Assembly: GCA_030295235.1 (NCBI GenBank)
Contig: AP026151.1
Location: 682,001-746,000, forward strand
Length of the DNA: 64,000 nt
Reading direction: 5' to 3'
Source of the DNA: Fistulifera solaris
Taxonomy: Eukaryota
Below are positions 23,492 through 34,248 of this stretch, in pieces; positions within the stretch are counted from its first letter, which is position 1; each line of letters opens with the position of its first letter. Below the pieces are notes generated by a model. It searched no databases. It was given only the letters and a program-made list of their open reading frames with translations, and was not told the DNA's origin. A program made the translations under genes and the position numbers.

Positions 23492-24271
23492 TCAAGGGAT
23501 CGAGGGATGGAAGACTTTCTTTCGCATGGAGTTGTCGAAGTATTGTTCATACTTGGAAAATTCATCACTTTGTTTGTATTCGTTCAGTGAGGAAAAGCCA
23601 ACGACGGGAGTATCGAGGGGAAGACTTGGAAGAATTTCATTCACATACACGAGCCAGTGTGCTGGATGGACCAACTCTCCAAGATGATCGCGGAAGAAAC
23701 ACCCTTCTTCTAACGCATCAGCGGCGCTGCAAAGACGTAGACGACGCTCAAACTTGATCTCCAAGCAAATCTCATCCTTCTCTGCCTGCAACGCACGCTT
23801 GTTGCGATACGACGAACGCTTTTCCTCGGTCGTCAACGAATTATGATGGGGAATCTCTTTGACAGTGTAGAAACCGGGCGCGAATTGTACACGACGAAAC
23901 GCACGATGATTCTCAAAAGAAGAACAGCTTGCAGAGCCACGTGACGCAGTGACATTCAACGAAAGCAGAGCCTGAACAGTGCTCTGTGCCCACGCGGCGT
24001 CCTCGTTCTCGCAGATCCACGACTGCAACTCTTCACGCGATTCCGCAAACGACAGAATGAACGTCATCTCGTCATCAGGAATCGATTCACAGGGTGCGGA
24101 ATGGGAGAAGAAGCGGAGATCATCATCATTGTCGTCTTGACAGTCGACAGGTGACCGCAGAGAAGCGAACAACGACTGAACAGGGCCTTCCGTGCGCTGT
24201 CGCTTGCAATCACTTGTCACCAATTCGCTCTGGGAGCATGAAAGATAGTCTCGTTTGCTAGAAAGTCGCAT
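23492..24271 (-). CDS. RVxF/GELVHPAHW family paralog A' (left copy)
   Basis: MRLSSKRDYLSCSQSELV...RRVQFAPGFYTVKEIPHHNSLTTEEKRS...FFRDHLGELVHPAHW. Highly similar to 38736-39521 on the opposite strand. Confidence 0.8.
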   Translation of the reverse strand: MRLSSKRDYLSCSQSELVTSDCKRQRTEGPVQSLFASLRSPVDCQDDNDDDLRFFSHSAPCESIPDDEMTFILSFAESREELQSWICENEDAAWAQSTVQALLSLNVTASRGSASCSSFENHRAFRRVQFAPGFYTVKEIPHHNSLTTEEKRSSYRNKRALQAEKDEICLEIKFERRLRLCSAADALEEGCFFRDHLGELVHPAHWLVYVNEILPSLPLDTPVVGFSSLNEYKQSDEFSKYEQYFDNSMRKKVFHPSIP

Positions 24272-24634
24272 TTGGTTCAGAATTGATGAAACAATAAAAA
24301 TTTTGGTCAACGGGGTTGTTTTTGTGCAAAAGTGCCGCGCTGCCTGCGATGCTGCTGCTGCAGATACGGACGGAGCGACAGACGGAAGAGATTCTACGAT
24401 AACGCTGGTACATTTCGTCGTATGTAGCTTCTACGTGCAGTTCGTACTGCAGAAATTGACCTTTAGCAATAAACACACCAAAAAAATCAAAGATTTTGTT
24501 GTTGTCCTTCTTGCTGTTATATCCTATTGTTGTTGGAGCAAATACGCAGTAAAAGAACGAAACGACTACAACGCTACCTCTCTCAACGCAAAAGCCCGCG
24601 CACTTCATATTTCGCCGCTTCACTCATAAGCAAA

Positions 24635-26110
24635 ATGGGTCAAGTTCTTTCTCTTCCTTTTCGTCTCCTCAATACGACGCTCACGTTCTATCGCGGCTTT
24701 TTTTCATTACTGGTGCGGAGCTGGACGACACCAGCCGTACCAGAAAGAGGGATCCTTCGCTCCGTTAAAGGAAACGGAACAAGACGATGCAGCGACAAAG
24801 GAGTTCAAACAACACGCACGCATTCATCTCTTCAGTCTGGCTTCGAATTACTATCTTTACCACAAACCACATTACCGCAAGAGTTCCTACAAAATAGATC
24901 TCGTCGACAATCTACGAAATGTCGCCGTTCCGGGTACGGGTGTACCCTTATCGCTCTTTGCGTGGAACCGCTGGGTGGGACTGGGTTACCTTTTTGTGTG
25001 TATCCGAAAATTTGTGGTATTGCCGCGCTACACGCCTGGTGGAAATCCCGAGGCCAGACGAGTCTTCATCAAGAATACGCCACCCGTCTCCTCGCACCGG
25101 ACGATTGGTTCAGTTATTGGCGCTTGAATTGCAACGTCGTGGGATTGCATGCGTTGCTGCACGACATGCCGGACGATTATGACATGGAAAATAAGTGGAC
25201 CTTTTTGCAGGAAGGTGTGGCGCGGGGTGTGCCGGTGTCACCGTTCTTGTCGTCTCCGGCCATTGTCGTCAAACATCGGAATGAAGAGGGAGGAATGGGA
25301 ATATTTTTCTACAAGAATGCGTTGGAAGGAGGTGATTGGATTATTCAAGAACGCATCCAAAACAGGTAAATATTGTTTGAACATTTTTACATCAGTGATG
25401 CCTTTTGCGTTTTTCGACCCTCACTCTAAAACCGGCAATAATCTTTTTATGCAGTAACTGGGTATCGAACCATTTACCTCCCAACGCCCCACTGTCAACG
25501 TTCCGTGTGATTACATGCAGTCGGGCTTCCATTGGCAGCGGAGAGATGAGTCCAGAACAGGTAGTCGCGTTATCGTGTGTCTTTCGCGCTGGCCGAGCAG
25601 GAGCCGCGACAGATCATGATTCCATCCTCTTTGATGTAGACGTTCAAACGGGAAAGATACGTGGAGGAACGACGAATGCGCACTGGTACCGATTGGGATT
25701 ATCCGCGCTTTGGTCGTGTCCTTGGCGGTCCTCCCACAGCTACGAATCGCATCCAGATGGGGAAATTCCGGTGGCGGGCTCCATAGTGCCGAATATTACT
25801 GAAATGCTGCGATTGGTGGAAGAGAGTCATTACAAAATGTGTCCACGAGTTCCGTTTGCGGGTTGGGATGTGGTTCTATCGGCGGACCCGGCATTACCCG
25901 TCTGTTTGTTGGAAGTCAATTTGAGTTGCAATTTCTTTCGTGGTTCATTTGACAAAAGGTTCGTTCTATATTCCGTATTCACAACTCGGCTAGATTCTCG
26001 GGGTCTCATGGTGCATTATCTTTGCGCAATTCCAGGTTTATCTCGACTTCATTGATGACTCGTTTGCTGATTTGCAGAACAGGAGGCTTGAAGCCGACCG
26101 AAAGCATTAG
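24635..26110 (+). CDS. ATP-grasp protein, sugar-transfer-associated (ATPgrasp_ST / alpha-L-glutamate ligase-like)
   Basis: ENKWTF..GVPVSP..IVVKHRNEEGGMGIFF..WIIQERI..LSTFRVIT..FRAGR..HPDG..VAGSIVP..PFAGWDVVLS..LLEVN. Introns 25366-25454 and 25959-26035; frameshifts in the 5' part. Confidence 0.78.
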
Positions 26111-26897
26111 TTGGATTTGTGCCTACCGGGACTTTAACATTTATGCTCACCAATCGAAAACGAACACTTTTCTACAATATAACCATTACATAAAAACAAT
26201 TACCTGCATGTATGCATACATGCACTGCACAAAGTACTGGTTCTGCTGCAAAACACTGAATAGTTGCTGGTAGCCACGACGGTTCAAGATCCTAAAGTCG
26301 TTCTCTCCGATCCGAGACATTCATAGCTGCTGAATCAATCGACGCTAACAGAAACCAGGCCGGCATGGAAGATGAATAGGGCAGCAAGAGGCAACAATCG
26401 GCAAGCGAATGTCATTCGACGACTCTGTTCATACCCTGCGCCTGCTGCAACTGATGAGCATTAGGCTCGACCGGGTGCGCGAGTTGAGCCGTGCTTTTTG
26501 TCATACTAGACTCAACTTCCATCGCTATCCACATATAAAATGTGAAGCAAATATGTTTTCCTCACAACCAACTCATGGGTTCTTTCGAAAGTATGCTCGT
26601 TCTGCAAAGGTGCGGCGAAAAGTGGATGATTTGGCACCTAAAGTCGTCGAAAGAAAGAGATCACCGAGACAAGTCGTGTTTTCATACACGGATACTGCAA
26701 CGCACGTATTTTCTTTCGTAAGCATCCGAACTGACCCAGAAGTATCCACCATGGACAAAAACAGTTTCGCTTTTCTTCAACGATATAAGGGAATCCTTCC
26801 GAATTCATAATATAGCTTCAGACCTTATCGTCGGCTAACAAAGGAGCTCTAGCTAGCATCGAGGCGATAGACGAGTCAAGGAGAAGCTCACAAAACT

Positions 26898-28046
26898 ATG
26901 CCCAACAAAAGAAAGCGAGGCATTGCCTCAAGTGAGAATGAAGAGTCTTATCAATCCGGACGGAATAGCAATGATATTTCCATTTCACAGCCTCCGGATG
27001 GCAACGCACAACTCGTGCCTGACCTTTCACATGCTACGAGAACCGATACACTTCCAACGGGGCCGCCAGCCAATATCTTTCTGCCAATCTCACGGCCATT
27101 AGCCTCCAGAGAACAACCTCCGATAAGTGTAGAGCAGTTACAAGCGCTCTTGAACTCGGTTCTCTCAAACGTTGTTGTGCACAGTCATATGCCTTTGTTG
27201 TCGCACGCAACTCAGCAAGCATCCTTCAATAGCAATCTTTCTCAATATCTTTCCCAGATTGCGAACCGACAAAATTTTGATCCGGCGACGACGCAACATA
27301 CACTACTTCCATTCCTGCAGCTGCTTCTCCAACAAAGTCAAACGCGATCAATACAAATAGAAGCCACCCCTGTAGCGAGAATCTCATTAGCTCAAGAAGC
27401 TTTGAGTCTCGTGAGTTCACCCAGTCCATTGGCAATGATGCTAGGGATGATTCTGAGCAATGGACAGTTCAACAACTCGCACAATTCACTATCCCCCACC
27501 ATCTACCAAGCGCAAACAACCAATGCTCAACAAGTATCTCAGAATCCACCCGACAGTCTCACTCGAACAACAACTCTCACTGAACCATCCACTCCGACAC
27601 CAACCTTCATTACTCTATTCATGAGCTGCGACTACCAAATGTTATCGGCGTATCAGTGCCTGATTCGAAAACAGATTGAGCTCTTTGCCGCCGGAGAAGA
27701 AGACATTTGTACGATTGGACAAGGGCGCAATCGACCGGTGCAGCTGGGTCAAGTCGGAGTGCGCTGCAAGCATTGCCGCGATATCCCGCGGTTGGCCAAA
27801 ACCAAAGGTGCCGTGTACTTTCCCTTCAAGATTGACAATGTGTATCAGGCCTGTCAAAACATGGCCGTGGTGCATTTGTGCGATAACTGCCCGAATATCC
27901 CCACCAGCATTCGTGCCGAGTTGCAACGACTTGCCAAGGAGCCCAAATCGACCGCGGGAGGAGGCAAACGATACTGGTCGGAAGGAATTCGCGTCGCTGG
28001 AATTATCGAGGATGCCGAAGGTCGTCTTGCTTTTCGCGATAAATAA
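26898..28046 (+). CDS. Diatom-expanded Cys/His-domain protein (YQCLIRKQIELF...QVGxRCKHC...HLCDNC...GGGKRYW), copy 1; putative transcription factor
   Basis: Intact 382-aa ORF with an N-terminal KRKR NLS-like motif, a Q/S/T-rich middle and a conserved ~140-aa C-terminal domain. Confidence 0.85.
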   Translation: MPNKRKRGIASSENEESYQSGRNSNDISISQPPDGNAQLVPDLSHATRTDTLPTGPPANIFLPISRPLASREQPPISVEQLQALLNSVLSNVVVHSHMPLLSHATQQASFNSNLSQYLSQIANRQNFDPATTQHTLLPFLQLLLQQSQTRSIQIEATPVARISLAQEALSLVSSPSPLAMMLGMILSNGQFNNSHNSLSPTIYQAQTTNAQQVSQNPPDSLTRTTTLTEPSTPTPTFITLFMSCDYQMLSAYQCLIRKQIELFAAGEEDICTIGQGRNRPVQLGQVGVRCKHCRDIPRLAKTKGAVYFPFKIDNVYQACQNMAVVHLCDNCPNIPTSIRAELQRLAKEPKSTAGGGKRYWSEGIRVAGIIEDAEGRLAFRDK

Positions 28047-29811
28047 TTAGCTGCCTTAGAATAATGAATATCTAGGCCACCGATTCGCACACCTAGTTGA
28101 AAGGATTCGTGAACTGACAGTGAGTTGCACGTCAGAAAAAGAGGCAATAAGGACTTCAGCATTTTTCGGAAGCCGTTCTTTTTCTTCCGTGGAGAGGGCG
28201 TGGTCGACTCACAGTACCGTACCGACACCATCTCTGTCACAGGAAAACGTCACAGAGGTGCAAAAAAAACGGACGACATCGACAATGAGAATGAGAGGCA
28301 GACGTACGCGTCGAAACCGTGTCTTTTGCCCGTTTTCTCTATTGCAAAGAATGTCTAATCCTGCTGTTGAAAATGGGTAGTCAAATAAGAATCAACTTCC
28401 TTCCTTCAGACTCTCCTATAGAGGCTAGCTGGGAAACAAGGGACATTCCCATCATCATGCCTCGACCTTTGCCGTCACTATTTGTTAGCTTTCCTGGAGT
28501 CGTCAAGGACTGCGAACGACCTGTTATACGTTCTTGCACACGACGGTCTGCGAACAGTGGCACTCGCTTGCTTTTCGTTTGCGGCAAGTGATCTTAGCGT
28601 GGGCTTAGTAGGTGCACTTCGGAAGACGACGATTCGCAAAAATTGAGTGGTTATTGACTGCCGCGATTTCCCCCACATTTCTCGTTCTCGAGTTCATACC
28701 TGCAATGATCGAGCACCCATTCTTCGTAGCCGATACCCTGATGTTGCACTCTGTGCGTTTAACGAAGGTAGAAGGAGGAAGAACTTTTCTGTCTAGATTG
28801 AAATTCATGCGGGCAACTTGCATCAGGCTCACAATCTCATTGATGGCTTTTATCCATGCTTTCATGGGGATCGATCAGGCATGATGGGGTTGCAATGATT
28901 CATCACCCTGTGCCGTCGAAAGGAGTTGCGATTTACCGAAACTGATTGTCGTTTTTGGAAACATTCTTGCAATTGCAATCGACCACTTCCGCAAGATAAG
29001 CTTTGGGAAACGACACAAATTATAGCCCGCGCTTTCTCCTGCACATGATAAGAGCTGAAGTCGCTCCGATGCTGCCATGATAAAGCCTGATTTTTTGCGA
29101 GATCCAAAGAAAGAAATAGAATCGATCGCGAGCCATGTTATTTTGAAGATCCAATGTAGAGTCGTCTGGCGATGAAATAGTTGACTGCCAAAACATTTCC
29201 TCTCACGGCGAATTGTATCTGCTCCCCACAATTCGCGACAACACCATGAAAAACCCTGATTCTTCGATAAACGATACGTGGCCGAAAAGGGATACTAATG
29301 AAATCGAATTGCTTGTTATGCATATCTGAAGGCCAGTCGCAGAGTTGCTTGACGACAGAAAGTTAGATGCTTAGCACAGCAACTCGGTCTACGGCATATT
29401 GTTTCGGCGTCCCATTACACGCGATAACATCACGGTGAACTTTTTCTTTTCTGTCGAAACACAATGACGGAACCGAAGTACGAAGAAAATAGAATTGGAA
29501 AGAGAGCAGTTACTGGATTTTGGAGTTCCAATTTAATAGTTGCCGCAGCCTTGAAGTCGATGATTACCACAGCTCCGAGCTCCGTGGCTCACGGCGATGC
29601 AAGCTGTTTCTGCTGCCCACGGCTTACCGAAAGGCCATTCGAATCCCAGCGCAAGTTCGCTCCACAGCACATGGTAGTACTCTTCGATGTAATGGGCGAC
29701 CTTGCTCGCTATCACGGAAGGAACAATGTATCGCGGCGAATTGTTCAATCATCGTGAAGAGATTGGCGAAGGCCGCGTATTAGACAAGGTCTAAATTGAG
29801 AAGCGAGGCGC

Positions 29812-30932
29812 TTAACGGAAGCGGAAAGCTAACAATTCACCCAACAACAACCGTCCCAGTCCCTTTGACGACCAAGACGAAGGCGGCTCTTCGCAGACAA
29901 CGAGTCCGGCGTCTGCGAGCCATCCCTCACTAAACCGAGCAGTTGGCTTGGAAAGGAACTCAAATCATGTATCATACGCGGGTTCCTTCCGAGCACGGCT
30001 GATGCAACCCGATCAGACAATGCACCTGCGGTCATTTCTCAACCAGCTTCTCGGTGCTCAAAATGTTAACGTCAGAAGCGATCTCAACCAATCTCATTTT
30101 GATCAACAAAATAGCCGTTTGCTTTCTTTTGTTCACAACCATCATCTGCTGCTGCTGCTGGATCATGCCGGTCAGCAATCCGCTTCGGAATTGGCAGCGG
30201 CACCGGGATTACAGGCAACATCCCCTGCTTCTATATCCGGTAACATCGATTCCGCAAATCAACTAAGTACGTTTCAACTCCTCTGTCGACTGCAAAGTCT
30301 GGGGCAGCCCACTCGTAGTACCTTGCCAAATCTTTTCACCCACAAACTTGCCGCAACTGACGTCCTCTGCCGCAACCTGTTTTAACAATCGTACTCCAAA
30401 TACCTTCCAACAACCCATCCTAGCCAGCGGGGTACCGCTCGAAGAAGGAAGACGGACTGTCATCAAAGCAACGTCCTCCCAGACACCGACCTTCGTCACC
30501 ATTTTCATGAACTGCGACGATCAAATGCTATCGGCCTATCAGTGCCTGATTCGAAAACAGATTGAGCTCTTTGCCGCCGGCGAAGAAGACACCTGCACCA
30601 TCGGTCAAGGCCGGAATCGACGCGTACAACTTGGTCAAGTTGGATTGCGCTGCAAGCACTGTCGCGATATCCCAAAGCTGGCGAAAACCAAAGGCGCCGT
30701 GTATTTTCCCTTTAAAATAGATAACGTATATCAGGCCTGTCAGAACATGGCCGCCGTGCATTTGTGCGATAATTGTCCCAATATCCCCGCCACCATTCGA
30801 GCTGAGTTGCAACGACTGGCCAAAGAATCCAAGTCGACCGCTGGAGGAGGCAAACGATACTGGGCCGAGGGCGTTCGTGTGGCCGGAATTGTCGAGGATG
30901 CGGAAGGCCGTCTTCAATTTCGCGGCGAGTAA
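29812..30932 (+). pseudogene. Copy 2 of the same family: start codon lost and 5' region frameshifted, C-terminal domain intact
   Basis: TTAACGGAAGCGGAAAGCTAACAAT aligns with copy 3 ATGTCACGGAAGCGGAAAGCTGACAAT without the ATG. ORFs 29948-30385 and 30348-30932 are in different frames. Confidence 0.7.
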
Positions 30933-32301
30933 AGCCAGCTCAACTCATATAAAGTAGAGCATGAGGTAAATTCGATTAATCTTTTGTCAGGATAGCAATC
31001 GTCGTTGGCAGTTTGATTCACAAGATTTCGAATTGGATACCCAAATAGATGACGACGCAGCAGCGTCGACCACGTTCTGGTCTTTCTGGCAAGGTGGTTT
31101 GGACCAACGAAGCCATTTTGTACGAAAGAAACAACATCACGTTGCGAAATAGCACAACGATGAGCAAATTTGATCGCGTACTTGCAAATGAAAAGAGAAT
31201 GAACAACAAAAAGCATTCGGGGGTTTACTCCAATGGAGTATTCGTGTCGCAAATGCCAGCGTCACCAGCTCAAACTAAAATTTCAGAAGTCGACCCGCTG
31301 TCAAGTCAAAAAAGCCGATGACGTGCCGTGATTGTGATTGGAGAGTCACCTGAGATCTGAGATCATCTTGGCATGCGTATTTAGAAATCGATGTCTTAGC
31401 TCTAGCTCTCTAGAGCTAGGTAGTACAGATCAAGAAACCTAGCTCGTGTACAAATGATACAGTTACAATTTCTGCCATTCCGTTTCCGAGAGCCGTTTTA
31501 GTTTTAGTTGTTTTTAGGTTGATTCATTCCTGTTCGCACTGGGGGAAGTAAGTAAACGAGGGGATGATGAAATTCCGAACGGATAAAAACGGGATGGCGA
31601 TTGATGATTACTTTATTTACAAAAAGATTAGAAAAAATTGTCTAGAGGGATAAGAGCCTGTCTATCATCATAGCTGTCATCGATCATCAGTAGCCAGGAA
31701 GGTTATCAGAAATGTGGTGATTCATTACGATAAGCATTCAAGAGAGCTTGTCTTTGGGAAGGCAGCACATTTCGGGGTCTGTTATTCATTTACTAAACAT
31801 TTCAATGATAAATTGGTCAAATAGTGCCTTCTTGACCGGTTGCATGTATCGGAAGTCGATGTTGCTGCGCCAAACAGTGACCATAAGAGTAACTAATTCG
31901 ACCAATCCCGCGCCCTCATTCATTTAATCAATGAGATTTATTACTTGGTTATAGGGACATCTCGAGCTGAAAAGCCGTCATCGATATGAGTATGCCATAA
32001 CTCTAGAAGCATCAGTAACATCCGTAGTTAAATAACGCTGCGATTGCTGACTCTGCGAACCCCATAGTACTCGATAAGCTTGCGCACACTCGTGACTCGC
32101 AACACGAACTGGAGGACCTTCTTATTCCTACTTTTACAGTATACACGGCAAGGCGGAGAACAGCTCCCTGCAGGCTAATTTATTGTATTTTCTCACAGGC
32201 ATCGATTGCCTTCTGTTGCATATGAATTGCCTTCCGACTGCTATCCTCCAATACATTAACATAGAAGCGCAGCAGTCTAACCAGAACTAGCTCCTCTGGG
32301 T

Positions 32302-33471
32302 ATGTCACGGAAGCGGAAAGCTGACAATGTACCCAACCAGGGACGTCCCAATCCCTTTAACGAACAAGAAGGAGACGGTTCTTCACCTACAACGAATCCG
32401 GCGTCCGAAAGTCAACCAACACCGAGTCGAGCCGACGGCTTGGAAAGCGACGCGACTAGTCAGAGCGCGAGCTCCTTCGCAGCACCGCTGTTGCAGTCCG
32501 ATCAAATGAATATGGCGCACTTGCAGTCGATTCTCAACCAGCTTCTCGGTGTTCATAATGTGAGCGTCAGGAGCGATCTCAACTATTCTCATTTTCATCA
32601 AGATAGTGATTGGCTGTCTTCGATCCAAAGCCGTCCTTCGCTTTCATTACCGACAACGACGGCTCAAATTTCTTTGCTTCCACTGTTACAGATGCTACTG
32701 GAGCATGCCGGTCAGAGACCGGGGACTAACATGAGAGGGACACCGACTCCACAAGCAGCATTGCCTTTCACCTCCTCAAATAACATCGATTCCGCGAATC
32801 TACTAAGTACGTTGCAAATTCTCGGCCGGCTACAGAATTTGGGCCAGTCCACTAGTACCTTGCCCAGTCTTTTCACCCACAACTTGTCGCAACTGATGTC
32901 CCCTGCCACAACCCGTGCTAGCAATTGGACTCAGAGTACATCCCAACAACCCATCCTAGCCAGCGGGGTACCACTCGAAGAAGCTAGACGGATAACAGCC
33001 AGTGCAACATCCGCCCGGACACCGACCTTCATCACTATGTTTATGAGCTGCGACGACCGAGTGCTATCGGCGTATCAATGCCTGATTCGAAAACAGATTG
33101 AGCTCTTTGCAGCGGGCGAAGAAGATACCTGCACGATCGGTCAGGGACGAAATCGACGAGTGCAACTCGGTCAAGTCGGAGTACGCTGCAAACACTGTCG
33201 CGATATCCCCCAGCTGGCGAAAACCAAAGGTGCTGTGTACTTCCCCTTCAAGATAGATAACGTTTATCAGGCTTGTCAGAACATGGCCGTGGTGCATTTG
33301 TGTGACAACTGCCCCAACATCCCCACCAGCATTCGCGCCGAGTTGCAACGACTCGCCAAAGATTCCAAATCGACGGCGGGAGGAGGCAAGAGATACTGGT
33401 CGAAAGGCGTTCGTGAGGCCGGCATCGTCGAGGATGCCGGAGGTCGTCTTCATTTTGGTGGTAACGCGTAG
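32302..33471 (+). CDS. Copy 3 of the diatom Cys/His-domain family; putative transcription factor
   Basis: Intact 389-aa ORF beginning MSRKRK, with the same C-terminal domain. Confidence 0.85.
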   Translation: MSRKRKADNVPNQGRPNPFNEQEGDGSSPTTNPASESQPTPSRADGLESDATSQSASSFAAPLLQSDQMNMAHLQSILNQLLGVHNVSVRSDLNYSHFHQDSDWLSSIQSRPSLSLPTTTAQISLLPLLQMLLEHAGQRPGTNMRGTPTPQAALPFTSSNNIDSANLLSTLQILGRLQNLGQSTSTLPSLFTHNLSQLMSPATTRASNWTQSTSQQPILASGVPLEEARRITASATSARTPTFITMFMSCDDRVLSAYQCLIRKQIELFAAGEEDTCTIGQGRNRRVQLGQVGVRCKHCRDIPQLAKTKGAVYFPFKIDNVYQACQNMAVVHLCDNCPNIPTSIRAELQRLAKDSKSTAGGGKRYWSKGVREAGIVEDAGGRLHFGGNA

Positions 33472-34206
33472 AAATAATGTATTAATATGCTCCTCTCTCA
33501 TCTAGAAAGTTTGTAAATGCGTTGAACTGCGCGCGGCGACCCCCCGGCAAGGCAACTAAAGCAGGTGCGATGAATGCGATAATCAGAGCCGCGATGCGGC
33601 GAGAGGAGAAGTGAGTTGTCCGACTAGTCTAGAAGCATTACACAATGTGATACAAACACGTTTCTTCCGATAAAGTCGGTCATCTTTTGATTTGTTTTGT
33701 ACTTAAGAATGCAATTGTAGCTAAAGTGATCCGACGCTGCCAGCTGACAGATCGACGAGGCAAATGCGGCCTCGGTTAGTCTATAGGTATTTTGGGCGTC
33801 GGAGCGTCCCGGCGTTTTCGGAATACCTACCGAATCATCATCATGCGTTCCTGGTCGGCACTTTGTTTCAACATCAACCATCAACTGAAAAAGCACGTAC
33901 GCACCAACAATTTAGGTGCTAATGGCCTATATTTTCTAGTAGCAAGTAGCAACGGCGAAGCAGTTGTTGAGTCGCCATTCGCCATACAACTGATACTACG
34001 TATCAAGCTGTCGTCATTCGGCATGACGGTTTGTCGGTTGAAGTTTGAGACGTCCCGTTTCCCGTGTTCGGTGATGGATGTCAGAAAGGTCCCACCAAAA
34101 ACCTACGGATTCTCCGAAACTTCTCATTTCGAAAAAGCCCCCCCGGCGCGCGTTTGGTCACCACCGCGTCCTCACAAATTTTCATTTCACGACGTCACCG
34201 CAATCG

Positions 34207-34248
34207 TATCCTTCTCAATTTCACAAATATCCTTCTCGATTTCGCAAA
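34207..34248. repeat. 21-bp tandem duplication
   Basis: TATCCTTCTCAATTTCACAAA followed by TATCCTTCTCGATTTCGCAAA. Confidence 0.75.

Larger units (their letters stand above)
22560..24390 (-). repeat. Left arm of an inverted segmental duplication (partner about 38610-40660)
   Basis: Its reverse complement aligns with the A-B gene pair, 5' leader and 3' UTR at 38.6-40.7 kb. 23522-23739 is identical by eye to 39268-39485. Confidence 0.9.

Noticed and set aside
26409..26810. 133-aa ORF upstream of copy 1
   Set aside because: No motifs and atypical composition. Probably spurious.
31320..32290. AT-richer intergenic stretch as a centromere or foreign insert
   Set aside because: Only mildly AT-rich, with no repeats or boundaries visible.
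27642..33501. Conserved antisense ORFs (27642-27926, 30528-30917, 33064-33501)
   Set aside because: These are shadows of the near-identical plus-strand domain.
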